Notes: generated from the sequence alone by a model not told the origin. Numbered from the whole stretch's first letter, positions 12,542 through 25,212 are shown. The stretch is 63,118 nt of DNA, filler included, from Rhabdomonas costata (GCA_019059605.1; 34 parts of 34 records of this genome joined end to end with filler, not necessarily neighbours in it); one strand, 5' to 3'. Made by a program: numbers and translations.

Positions 12542-13756
12542 ATCGCATCATTCAATGTTCCACGAAATCAGGCTGTCACCCAAAGATCCGCGTATTTTTT
12601 TTTGTGTCCCCATGCACACGTTTATTTCATTCACCCACTAAAACATCACAAATCGTCCCCTGCCAAAGCTCTCCAGGAGCCGTGGCTCCGGAGAGACGGA
12701 GCTTCAAGTCAGAAAAATTCAGTTGAAGTCCCTTGTTTTACCTTTTGCTGCACTTTAATCCTGGTTTTCGATCATTTATTCAGTCAGTACCAAAGCAAAT
12801 GTTCGATGGGAACCTACTTGTATACGTAGCTGTCCAGATTCCAGGTTGTGGATTGCATTCGGGAGCACTACTTTTTCATCAATTCAGACGGGTTCTTATC
12901 ACCCACACGCCCCACCCCCAACCNNNNNNNNNNNNNNNNNNNNNNNNNNNNNNNNNNNNNNNNNNNNTTAATTAATTAANNNNNNNNNNNNNNNNNNNNN
13001 NNNNNNNNNNNNNNNNNNNNNNNGTGTGGGGTGAGCGGCAGAAAAGAACCGCAGTTGGGAAAAAGATGAGGGAAATATTCTGAAGAAGAATGCCCACAGA
13101 GGTGTCTGTCACCTTGGGTCTTGAGTAAATCGTTAGAGCATATGCAGTACAGAGAACGCCCCTTTTTATTGGGGTTTTCAGCTCGGATGTTATTTAGCCT
13201 TCCTTTACAGAATTATCTTTCAAAAATTGCCTAGGAAGAAAAGAGAAAGAAATTCTAAAGAATGCTCACGCCCCAATCGCGCCAACGAGGACCCCGTTGC
13301 CCTGGGCAACATCTCAAATGACATCCCAATTCCCCTTACCCACAACCCCCAAACAAGCAAGCGCAGGTCCCGGGCTTGCCCAGCTGACGCTTCCTGCAGC
13401 GGGGCTAAAACAAGGGGCATTAACGAGGGTGTGGCATACGTAAGAAACCCCTCGAAAACTTTGCCAGCAGCCGATGGAAGCATCTGCCTTCATCTGCCTT
13501 TCAAGCCAGCGCTCTCCCCCATTGCTGCCAAGTTGCACGCACTGTTCGTTTTCCTTTTGATTCACAAGCGATCCGGGATGGCCGGAGAGAGTGAACTTTC
13601 GCCTGCATGAGCCCTTTTCCAGCCGTTGTCGCACAGTCACGGCAATGCGCAGGAGACAGCTACGCTGTGCAGGGCAGCCAGCCAGCCAGCCACCAGGCGA
13701 AGGTTCCCAATGCACAGTGGCAAAGCTATGGAGTGGCAGGTGGCTCTTCCACCCCC

Positions 13757-14691
13757 TCAGTACCACTGCGCCTGCCGACGGATGGTGCTAGTGCCCTCGC
13801 TGAGGTCAACAAAGCGGTAGGAAGGGTTGCCCGGGAGGGCGGCGTGCATGCGGTCAATCAGCCGCGACCAGCTCGAGGCCCTGGTGCCGATGAACACTCC
13901 GCACTGCAGCTGGTAGCTCAGGTTCAGCAGCGAGAGCAGGGCGATGGCCTCTGGGGACAGACGCTGCGAGGCTGTGTGGTGATCCTCGTTTCTTCTCTGA
14001 CCGGGACGGAAACGAGAGGAAAAGCATTGACGTCGACAAGCGACAGAATGACATGATGAATGAGATGAAAATGCCACATTTTGACGCGTATACAATAAGA
14101 TGAATGAGAGACGAGTTGTGCCGGATCCTAGTTCACTTGTGTGGGTCATATTTCCACCAATGCACCGTGCATGACGCCAGAAAGGCCCAGGGTCATAAAC
14201 GGAAAAAAAAGACTCACATCCTAACCTGTATGGTTTGATAAGGCTTACATTCTGTGACTAACAGATTTGGTTTGACGGGTTGAGATTGGGCTGAAAACGG
14301 ATAATCGCTACAAAGACTTTCCCCATGAAGTCAACAGCATGCTCCCGTAAATGCCTATCCTGGTAGGCACATCCCACATTAAGATGACTTAGGTGAGTTG
14401 GGAAGACCTATATGCGTCATCGGCTCATGAACAGCCCACGAAAAACAAAGCAACGTTGGCGAAAGGCACTGTGACACGCAGTTTTAGGTGGAGCAACCAC
14501 TACAACCAAACCACACGGCGCAGACGATCTGCAGACACCAGTTACCCCTCCCGGGAGCCTGGCTCCAAAACAGGGGCTGTCCAGCGCGTTGAAAATTGGT
14601 TCGGCAGTGAGGAAAATGGGTTAGAGCAAACCTCTTCGGGATACGTCAGAATGTCCCACTCGCGAGAAAATGCCGCCAGCTCGGCGATAAC
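13757..14691 (-). CDS. Fucosyltransferase-like glycosyltransferase (GT23/FUT8-like), last two exons (14691-14632, 13996-13757)
   Basis: VIAELAAFSREWDILTYPEE|RRNEDHH...LLSLLNLSYQLQCGVFIGTRASSWSRLIDRMH...*. This resembles the fucosyltransferase motif III (L...C..F.GT..S.WSRL). The phase-0 GT-AG intron has a polypyrimidine tract. Confidence 0.6.
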
Positions 14692-15865
14692 CTGAAGGAA
14701 AAAGAAAGGTGCTGTAATGCCCAATGCTTTGCTGCAAGTCACTTTACGCTTAGTCCTGCGCAAGCGTGTCCCCCACAGCTGAANNNNNNNNNNNNNNNNN
14801 NNNNNNNNNNNNNNNNNNNNNNNNNNNTTAATTAATTAANNNNNNNNNNNNNNNNNNNNNNNNNNNNNNNNNNNNNNNNNNNNTGGGTTGGGTTCTCCTC
14901 TGAGTCCAGGTGGAATTTCTCGCTGAGTTCCCTGAAACACAGATGCATCAGAGTTTCCTGAGTTCATTCTCTTCAGAACAACAACTGAGCGGTGGGTCCC
15001 AAATACTGAAAATCTGAATTTTGGGGGGAAGAGAAACCGCAGGAATGGCACCGCAGCAAAGTGGTCGACCATTGCGAATTTGTTAACTGCCCACAAAAGG
15101 TATTAATGAGTCAGTCCTCGGTGTTCAGGTAGGAGCGGGTTAGTATTTGGGCCCAGGGTCCGACTTGCACGAGACCGCTGGGTCGGCACTCGCTACATCG
15201 GCACCCTGACGTGACCCCAAACCCCGGAGCACGAAGCTCCTCCAAGCCAGTCGGAGACTGAGGCGTCCACTTTCCCCGTTTGTATTTTCAAGGACTCCAC
15301 AGAACTCCACAAAAGGTGTTAAGCGTACTCAAGCGATCACCTGATAACTTGGACACTGCAGTTGAAGGATATAAACGTACTGGTTAAGCAAGACAAAACT
15401 GGTGATGATCTGAGAGGGCAGTGCTGGTACGTCGGGTGCGGAGGGAAATGATTTGACCACGTTGTGCACTACGGCGTTCTGAGGTGATTGGTAAACCCCT
15501 CCCCCTGAACATGCTTCATTTTGGCGTTTATCACCACAGAAGACCCCAATCTACACCCCACATGACGTCCCCGGATCCAGCTGCCCGCTCCGGCACCGCG
15601 GCGGAGGGCCTCTGCCCCTAAATCAAAACTGTCCCCGTACGTTCGCCAGAATCCTGCTGAAGATAAGTTCCTACCAAAATTAACCCCAGGAAAAAGACTC
15701 TGCGTAAGGGGTACAGAAACAATTTTTTGGTTTTTCAGCTGCAACAGCACAACTGTATGGTTCACTTTATGACTCCCTCCCCGCCCAAAACCATTCACCA
15801 GACTGAGAATGGGGGATGAGGCTGGAAGAATAAGAGGGAGGGAGGGAGGGAGGGAGGGTGCGTAC

Positions 15866-16566
15866 GCCAGGATCCGTGGGACCAGGGCATCCCCGCGGTC
15901 AATTTTGTTCAGAGCCAGCACGACAGGCCGGCGCAGCCGCTGCACCATAGTGATCACCTCAACGGTCTGGGGCTGCACCCCGGTGTCCGCAGCGACCACA
16001 AGCACCACCAGATCGGTGGCATTGGCACCGGCCTGCCGCATTGTGGAGAAGGCCTCGTTGCCTGGGGTATCAACGAAGGTCAGGAGCTTGCCCTCCAGCG
16101 TGATCTGCAGAGGGCGGTTCACACTGGGTGCGCCAGACATACTTCTGGAACGTTTCTGCACAGCGAAGCTATTGCATATTGACGTCCCCCGTGCGCAGCC
16201 CCATTTTCATGCATCTACTTTCTTCTCTTGTTACCAAAACAAAAAGAAAAAGACGAAAACGCAGCCTCAACTTGACATTATACATCATATGATTTCATGG
16301 TATCATCATATGATCATTATACAACATATTATTTCATGGTAAAAACTGTCCGATGCCCAAAAAAATCCATGTCTCCATTGCCTCACGTTGCCACCCCCAA
16401 AAGAAACATGTCAACTCAGCGCCATCATTTCGCAAGAGCCGCTGCCCTTCCTCCTCCACCACACCACCCGCCGTGAAAGGCTTCCTGAGAGGAAACCTGA
16501 AAGGCCCCAATGGACTGCGTGATCCCGCCCACCTCACCCTCCGCAACGTTGGTGTTTCGTAAACGG

Positions 16567-16598
<32 letters not shown>

Positions 16599-16643
16599 CC
16601 CCATTACCGTCACCACAGGGGGCCTTCGGACTCGCTGCACCAC
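15866..16643 (-). CDS. infB: Bacterial-type (organellar, likely mitochondrial) translation initiation factor IF2, G domain (exons <16643-16497, 16104-15866)
   Basis: [20 protein letters not shown]...[60 protein letters not shown]...ALNKID. G1-G4 motifs are present. Confidence 0.95.
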
Positions 16644-17565
16644 NNNNNNNNNNNNNNNNNNNNNNNNNNNNNNNNNNNNNNNNNNNNTTAATTAATTAAN
16701 NNNNNNNNNNNNNNNNNNNNNNNNNNNNNNNNNNNNNNNNNNNTTTTGTTTGTCCGTGTATTCTAACAATTCACTTTGTACATTGCATTCCGAGGCGAAC
16801 CGTCGTTTCTAAGTTCGGTTCTAGTTTTACACCGTGCACAGGGAAAGATGCAGATGTACAGAACACGAATATGCACACCGACAGCCACCCCGGGGTTTGT
16901 CCACAGCACAGAGGTGCTAGCGACGGCGGCGACATAAGTCAGCATTACCAGGGCTAACAAAGGGGCCAGCGCGGCCTCCAGAGAGATCCCACAGCGCCCC
17001 CATTGCACGGGAAGGCCCGAGCGCCCACCCAGCTGGCGAGCCCCTTGCAGGGGTGCACTGCCCAGCAGGTCGTTCACCGTGGTGATTTGACTCAGGGAGA
17101 TCTGAGACAAGCAGCAAGCTTGCTCGTGTGGCAGGGACAACATGGATGACAGACCAAGGTTGGCTTGGCGCTGTCCCCTTAAAGAGTGAGGAGTTCAGGA
17201 GCAAACTTTGTTTTCGCCTCTGCCGGTGCTTAGTATACCGAGTGGGTGGGATGCCCGGTGTCTCACACCGCATTGGATTGGGCGGAGGTGTCCTGGGCTG
17301 CCTCCCGTCTTTCACCTGACGGTATGTAAGGGTACCTTGGCTTGCATCCACATAGGACGGGCGCTATTGCAAACGAATTTTTCGCTCTTGATGGAGTACT
17401 GCCGCGCAAACAGGTTCTCAACCTTCTATGGGGTATCCCAGCTCCAGTTGCATTCGCTTTATCTCCCTAAGTAAGCAGTCCCCAAATTACCCAACTATTG
17501 CATGAAGCCTAGGAGGTTCCGTGGAAAGGAAGTGTTGCGGTGGAGCAGCGGCGATGCGGGCTGAC

Positions 17566-17993
17566 CTTTTTGGACTCACAGAAGCTGGCGTACTCGCGAT
17601 CCTCGCAAAGGATGTGACTCCTCAGCCAATTGTTGAGAATCTGCATCACTTCCTGCAAAAAAAAAAAGAAGAGAAAAAGGAAGAGCGAGTGAGGGATGCA
17701 TGAAGCCTTCCAAAAGCCACACATTATCATCGCCTATGCTCTGCGCGTTGGCTAAGTGCGCTGATCATCATGACACAACCCATGGTGGGCAAAAAACAAA
17801 AAATACTAGGCCCGCAGCCTGGCGGCCCCTCGCTCAATTTTTGAACGAGGAGGCAGACGCGCACGAGCACGCGCACGAAAAGAACCATTGCCGTGATTCG
17901 GTCGTCAGCGAACTCCTTAATCCACCGCATAGTGTTCGCAATCAGGCCTTTGTGGATCGCCTTGTGCGCCTTCGTGGTGGGGAACCCCACCGC
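17566..17993 (-). CDS. Hemerythrin (bacteriohemerythrin-like) domain, C-terminal half (exons 17993-17886, 17652-17566)
   Basis: AVGFPTTKAHKAIHKGLI...|EVMQILNNWLRSHILCEDREYASF. This matches the hemerythrin pattern (Y/F)P....H...H and WL..HI...D..Y. The GT-AG intron is in frame. Confidence 0.85.
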
Positions 17994-18916
17994 CTGAAAA
18001 TCGGGTGGAAGGAAGGAGCGGGGGGTGAGGTGGGGGGATGAACGAGATTCACTCGAGACGGATTAACGAGTAAATTCACTCGAGGCGAAGCACACGGGTG
18101 CTATTATGACGCCCTGCTTTGAATTCGCATGCAGAGAGAGCGGGTTCGCGTAAAACCACATTCATATGTTTAAGAACAGCAGACAAGAAAGATTTAAATA
18201 ATGACAATAAAAAAACCCAGGCGTCATCTCGAGGATGACTGTGGGCAAGACGTCAGCAGACACATTGAAGCTATCAAGGGTGGACAAGGAAAAAGATGAA
18301 CTGGCAACAACGAAACTAGTGGAATAGTGGGCATCGGTCAACAGAGCACTCAACAGGAAACCATAACGGCAACAGGCTCGAGTTGAACTGAGATCCGAGA
18401 ATCGAGAATGCTTTGCGGAGCATTTGTGGGTCCAACAACAGAAGAGAACATATTTGTTTGCCTTTCTTCTTTCACCCACTCTGTTGTTCCGAAAACCCAA
18501 CCCNNNNNNNNNNNNNNNNNNNNNNNNNNNNNNNNNNNNNNNNNNNNTTAATTAATTAANNNNNNNNNNNNNNNNNNNNNNNNNNNNNNNNNNNNNNNNN
18601 NNNGGTGTTTGGTATTTTCAGGGTTTCATGTAGGGTGGGGGTTACGAATTGTGCATCTTTTTTCATTTTTTTTGCACGAAAGCATGCTAGATCATCCTAG
18701 AAGCAGGATGCAGGAGACAGGAGGTTTTTTTTTTTGAAATTTTTTAGCCGCAAGGTTTCACTTGGTACTCAGTATTTAGCATTGGATATTGCATTGTTTC
18801 CCCTCTCATCCCAATTTATCACTCGATGGTTCATCTGGCTGCATTCGTTGAGAGAGTCTTGAGTCCTATATATGGTGCTGCCCTTGCCTTTCAGTTGTCT
18901 GACCTGCCTGCCTCAG

Positions 18917-19977
18917 GTCACCGTCCTATCCTTGCGGATCCGCAACTTCGCCACGCTGCTTTCCTCCGACCCCGCCACCACAGTTCGCGAGTACAATCAC
19001 TTTATTGAGAAGGTAATTACACCCGCCCACCTCCAGCGTTCCCTCGCATATAAGGGACCTCGAAATGCGATTTTTTGCGGTGGGCAATCCCTCGTTCGAT
19101 TGTTCGCTTCCTTTATGCCGCCCCGGAAAGGCTTTATTCCAACTGCTACGAATGGCATTCTGCACTCTCGCATCCTAAGATCTTCCCCGTGATCAGCAGC
19201 CACTCCGGCACGGTGGCGCTGATCGATGGGGAGCACATGCTGGTGCACTGGAACGCCGCGAAGCGGTGCGGCACGGGAAGGCTGCAGGTGTGTGCTTGTT
19301 TCGGGTGTGCGTGAGTGTGTGTATTTGTTGCGGGTTTGGTTTTGATCGCGGATTTCCACATTAGTTAGCTGTATTTGGTCCCACAAGAGTTCTTTTTGGT
19401 CTTGCGCTCGTGCTGTCGTCACTATCACAAGAGTTACACGTCTGTCCCTTCCGAAGTGGCACATCACTCTCCTGAGCCGATTATTTTTCGTTTTTTGGCT
19501 TGTTTTTCGCTCTGCCGCGTAGTTTTAAATGTTCTGTGGTGTCTTGATTGAAAGGTGCGAGAAGTGTGATTTGTGAGAAGTTTTCAAGATCACGAAAATT
19601 TATGGAGATTACGAAGATTACAGAAAATATGACTGAACAGTTTGCGAGTCCATATGTGGTTTGGGTAATTATTCCGGTTTGCTGTTTTTTCTCGCCTTGC
19701 AGGTATTCTTTTTAGGTGCGGAGCTCAACTCCCCACTTTTCAGCACTTGCTTAGTTTCAGCGTTGGCATTTGTCATATCTTGTTCACGCTTAAGGCTATG
19801 CCTTTCGGGTGTCGGGTTTGGAGAATGGGAGTGTGCCTGGCTTTCCACTAGGCCTGCGAGACGGCGTCCTGTCTTGCCATCGAGTGCCACGGGACCTGTT
19901 TCCAGCTTCAGATGGGCCTGTGCTATGGCGAGGCGTGGTACACCCCCATCGGGTGCGACCAGCTATCCAGCCTATCG
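18917..19977 (+). CDS. Class III adenylate/guanylate cyclase-like domain, catalytically degenerate (exons 18917-19012, 19180-19287, 19852-19977)
   Basis: VTVLSLRIRNFATL...EYNHFIEK|IFPVISSHSGTVALIDGEHMLVHWNA...|ACETA...LQMGLCYGEAWYTPIG. This parallels the canonical VTVLFSDI.NFT / GTVDKFIGD..M..WNA / IGIH.GE....IG. All three exons are phase 0. Confidence 0.75.
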
Positions 19978-20506
19978 GTACAAGTGCGTTTGTGTGCGTG
20001 TGTGCAAGACGAGAAACGACAGGAGCACCGAATTTGCATATATTTGCACATAAATATGTCACACTGCTGCATTCTGTCAATTCGTTCAAATACCTCTCAA
20101 TTTATCGCATAATGTAATTAACTGATTCCCGGCCCAATGGATTTTGTCGAATTGTAACAACCTCTTTCCCTCTTCTCTTCGTCTGGTCTTCTCTTTCCCG
20201 TTCCAGTCTTTGTTTTTTTAGTTTGTCCTCCTCCGATCTGTCTCGTGTTCCTTCTTGCAAATTGTTTTTGGTGCTGCACCCCAGACGCTTGCCTGTGCCG
20301 GAATGCAAACAATTCGCTTGCTTTTGATTCCATTCTGGCTGCGTTCCTGCTCCACCACAAACCNNNNNNNNNNNNNNNNNNNNNNNNNNNNNNNNNNNNN
20401 NNNNNNNTTAATTAATTAANNNNNNNNNNNNNNNNNNNNNNNNNNNNNNNNNNNNNNNNNNNNGTGGTGGTGTTGGAGCACCAGGCCGAGATGGCGGAGC
20501 GGATTG

Positions 20507-20661
20507 CCCTGCTCCAGGACAATCCGCTCCGCCATCTCGGCCTGGTGCTCCTTCACCAGCTGCGCGTACCGCATCATCAGCCGCATCCGATTCGACACCG
20601 AGACCTCCCGCCAGCTCGGGAAGGCCCGCCGCGCGGCCTGCACCGCGGCCCGCAGCTCCTC
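20507..20661 (-). CDS. Aldehyde dehydrogenase exon, methylmalonate-semialdehyde dehydrogenase (ALDH6-like), truncated by a fold-back at the contig edge
   Basis: cag|EELRAAVQAARRAFPSWREVSVSNRMRLMMRYAQLVKEHQAEMAERIVLEQG. AFPSW...S...R.R.M..Y..L..E......I..EQG is typical of MMSDH. Confidence 0.8.
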
Positions 20662-22540
20662 CTGGAGGGTACACCGAGAAGTGCTTGGGTGGTGGGTGGA
20701 TGCGAGAGGGTACATACCTATGTACCGTCTCTGCAGGTTCGGGCAAAGCCAACGGCCATGCGCAGCATACACATTTCCAATCGCCAGGGCAAACTCAGGA
20801 AAAAGGGCCAAACCGAATAAGAATGTTCCAGGGAAGGACCATCAGGAATTCCGCACATAACAGTTCCTTTAAAAAAACATTTTCTGTGGGTTGTGGGGGG
20901 TACCGTTGACTGCGCTGGGGAAAGAATTGGACAAGATTCAAGGGGGAAAAATAAAGAAAGAGCCGCCAAGGGGCACGGGTGGGAACCGGCCTGAAGGTGC
21001 AAGGACTGGTCATGCAGTGTTTTGGGTCCACTGTTTAAAAAAGACCCCTCTTTCTTTTTTCTTTTTTTCTTTTTTTCTTCTTTTTCTTTTTTTCTTTTGC
21101 ACATTTTCACCCCTCAATGCAATTGCAATTATTGTCTTTAACATCTGAGACGGAACAAAGTCACGTCACTGCCGCACGTAAATTCTTGCAGTGGCGGGTT
21201 CAGCACTAAGTTGACAGATTTTACAAAAAGAAGCTCAAGGAAGAGCAATGGGATTGAATAAAAAACGATTGCAAATCACCCTCTCTTTGTATTGCGGTTC
21301 CAGCCTTTCGCTTTCCCTCCAGCATAGGTCTCAAACCGCAAAAAGAAACGTCCTCAGTGAAACAACAAACCTGCACATTGCACATGAAGCAAAGTAGCGA
21401 CATGCACGGGCAGTTTTTGTTTCTTGGTCTGCGCGCATCCCCTCCAGCCCAAAGTGGTTTAAGGCACCACGTCTTTTAAAGTTGTAAAGATTGTAATTAT
21501 AGTTGTAGATTGTATTTTAAGGTTGTAAAGATATGTGAAACATACTCGCTCGTGAAAGGCTCCCCTCAGTCACACACCTCAGTGGAGCAGGGGCACTGGC
21601 AGACCAACTCCTGGGTCGCGGGGTTGAGCACGTCCACCCATTCAGTGGTCCGAGACTCCACAAACGCGCCTCCAATGAAGTTTTTCAGCTTAGAAGCAGC
21701 CAGTCTGGGGCCAACTGCACGCATCATTGTTCAACGTCCACCTCGTCACCCTCCTGCTTCCTTGCAAAGTTACAAATCACTCCTTTGCCAAAAACACCTG
21801 CTGAAAAAATGGCTGACTTTCCACCTGGAAGGATACCACAAGGCGAGGCATATAACCAGAAACAAGCAATGTGACAGTGGGGGCGAAGGAGGAATGGAGG
21901 CAGGTCACTAGACTCAAAAGTCAGTAGAAACCCGCAAAGGGGCTCTGAGAAACACACCATACTCTGCTCGCTGACGCCAGCAGTGACCCCCACAATGCTG
22001 CAAACCCAAACTAAATCGGAGCAATTGGGATGTACGACTCATCGAATACGTTAAACAGGAGCACCAAACCCCATCCATGTGGGTTATGACACCGAGGAAC
22101 TCAGAAGCGCCAAGCATCTGCGACATCACAACAAAGGAGTGTCAAAACGTTAGGGTGGACGCCCTGCGATATTGTGACGGGCGGAGGGGAGGTGACGCGG
22201 TCCAGGGAGGAGGAAGCAAGCCCNNNNNNNNNNNNNNNNNNNNNNNNNNNNNNNNNNNNNNNNNNNNTTAATTAATTAANNNNNNNNNNNNNNNNNNNNN
22301 NNNNNNNNNNNNNNNNNNNNNNNGTTGGACCATGCATGCATCTCTGGCTAAGGTCCTCTTACCTCCACGGGCACAAAAAGGAGCAGCTTCGCACCTGGCA
22401 GTATGAATCAAGCAACCAACGAAAACAAGCAGTACAAGTACAAGTACAAGCAGTCGAGGCCAATGCTCAGAGTTCTTGTTTCATGGACTTTTCCCACCAC
22501 AAGGACAGCGCGCCCTTCTACAGGGCCATGCGGGACAGAC

Positions 22541-22705
22541 CTCGTTCCAGGAAGGGAAGCCGCAGCACGGAGTGGGGTGGGTGAGCTGCTGAGTGGCGCC
22601 CAAGGTGAGCCTCACTACCAGCTGAGGCAGGCATGGCGGAGAAATCGCCGTGGAGAAGTCCGGGAGATGCACCACCCCACACAGCACCGTAACCACGACA
22701 GGGGT
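22541..22705 (-). CDS. Possible C2-domain-like exon
   Basis: cag|TPVVVTVLCGVVHLPD...QLVVRLTLGATQQLTHP...FPSWNE|gt has a C2-like beta pattern ending in P.WNE. A further GC-rich exon-like stretch lies at about 23669-23836 (-) on the same contig. Confidence 0.35.
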
Positions 22706-25212
22706 CTGCAGCCCACCCCACACAAGCACGTGCATATTTAGGGCACACGCAATCTAAAATCATACTGCTGGATTGCAGAATCCGTCGCAGTAGCAGCACT
22801 TTAATTAAGGAAAGAGCCGACAAGGGGTGGGTTTCTTATTTCTTCATTTTGCCGACCTCCTTCAGAGGTTTGTGCCTGGCTGTTTAATATTCTTGGCTCT
22901 CACCCTTAACAAGCCAGATCAGAAAAAGGCATAAAAACTGCCCCTAGTCACTCATGAAGTTCCTCCGACGCACATCAGTGTATACACATGCGTATGCAGA
23001 AAAAGATCACAGAGCATTCATTCCAAGAGACTGAAGGCTGCCTGGAACCAGCCGAAGTTTGGAAACTTCCCCGTTTATCTATTTTTTTTGCCTTGATCTT
23101 GTCCACGCAAGAGATAAGGACGGAGAATCCGAGACAACTGGATACCGGAAGAGGAACACAAAAGCCCGAAGATCTGTTCGCTATTGTGATTATTGGTTGT
23201 TGTATTTGGTGGTGGTAAGCGGCTCCCACATTGATAAGACAACCATCGTTCTAAGGAGCTGCGAGCGTCATTCATCACACCCTACGGCTCCAAATATCTC
23301 TCATCCACAGACACCAGGGTCTCTCTTACGCCACCTCAGGAAACACCACGAGGAGCACGAGTGCTGTTAAGCTGTATTCGTTCGTTCAATCGTGGTGGGG
23401 TCGGGGAGTAGGGTCCTTCTCCAGGGAAACGAAAGCGCACCTGCCGCGAAGACGGTGAGGAAGGAGGTGAGCTCTGGACGGGCATGGCAGGAGGAAAGGC
23501 GCTAGAGAAATGCAAAAAGTTCGTGTGAGAACTGTAAGCGTCTGCACATGTGTGTCGTAGGGACTTGTCCGAGTTACCGATGAATTGCCCGCTTTGTTAC
23601 CCGTCACACTGACCACAGTAATAGGAACTCCATGGGGCTGATCGAGTTGTGTGTGGTTGGTGTGGGGACCTTGGGGTTCTTCCAAGCCACGGAGATGATG
23701 TCCTGCGCCCACATGAGGATGTAGTACGTGTAGTACATCAGCACGGGGATCTCCCCTTCCTCCCCGTGCCGCCCAACCGCGCGCCTCCGTCCCAACCTCT
23801 CCATCCTCTGCAGCACCAGGATCATCCGAACGTACCTATCGTTTGGGCGCGCCCCAAGGTTGCGTTTGAAAATGGAACTTTCCAGCAGAGGCCCCTGTGG
23901 GGATTTTTTTACCCCAAAAGAATCATTCTGGTGCATCATGTTGACGGGCGGAGGCATTTTCACGCCGCCACACGTTCATGGACTGAGAATCGACAGGAAC
24001 GCTTCAGTGACTTGACGCGTTACCAAGAGGAACAAGCAGAGAAAAGCACAGCACGCAGCTCGTGTTGACCATTAACCCCACAANNNNNNNNNNNNNNNNN
24101 NNNNNNNNNNNNNNNNNNNNNNNNNNNTTAATTAATTAANNNNNNNNNNNNNNNNNNNNNNNNNNNNNNNNNNNNNNNNNNNNGGGGGGGTTTGACCACT
24201 TAAGGTATTGTAATTTTAATGTATTGGCCTGCATGCTGAGCCTAAGCTTTCCGCCGGGCCTGCTTAGCATCCCTAAGGGTAGAGCCCAGGAGTACTTCAC
24301 GCTGGCACCGGAGTGGGCCGCAATGCTTCGGTTTAGAGCCACGCTAGAGGCCCTTTCAGGGCCGTTTTGGGATATTTTTGAGCATTTTGCCTCTACACAG
24401 GCTTGCAAGGGCCCTTTTTGGCCCTTTGCAGGCCTGCGTACTGATAAGAGAAAGAACTGTAGGCTGGCGCACCGTCCGCCCACCTGCACGCCGGTGTGCC
24501 AGGAACGATTTATTGTAATTGTAATGTATTGAGTGTATATGTTGTGGATCTGGATCCCATAAAATACTCTTTTCAAAGTCGGGTTTTCGACCGACTTACT
24601 CTGATGTGCAGCTGGTGCGGTTGCCTTCCGAAACCCAGTGTGTGTTTTCTAAGCGCCAGATGCCCTGCGGAGCAGATAGAAGCGAAAAAAAATGAGAAGA
24701 ATCACAGAAAAGGTGACACTATGCACAGAAGTGGGCGTAAAAAGGATCTTTTAAGGTTCCGCCTTGATTCCAATGGAAGTAGACGCGTCAGAGGGCATGC
24801 ATGCTAGTGATTACTCATTCGTTTTTCCCGGCAAGATCCCAAAATACAAGCATCAACAACAATGGTCCAGAGGTACGCTCAACTGGGCGGGTAAGCACGC
24901 GGAAAAAAACTCCGGAAAATAGATACGAGTGAAAGCGGAGGGGAGTAAACTGAAAACTAACTGCTAAGCAGCACTCGCTACTGACGGCGGCCACAGCGTC
25001 CCTCTCTCAGTTGAAAAGGGGGGGGGGGACCACAGCGCCCAGAAAGGGACCAGCGGAGCAAGTGAGAACAGTAGTTCCCATCACCATTTCGCACCACTTC
25101 GCACCTCCTCTCCCAGGGTCATGACACAAAGAACGAACAATTTACTTGTGACATTTCTTTCCGTCGCCATAACCGCTGGATCTACAGCCCCCGAATCCCA
25201 GCATTAGCACAC

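Noticed and set aside
16276..16342. Short ~27-nt AT-rich direct repeat in the IF2 intron, and the (GCAAG)n run near 34210-34232
   Set aside because: Ordinary slippage-type intronic repeats with no sign of function.
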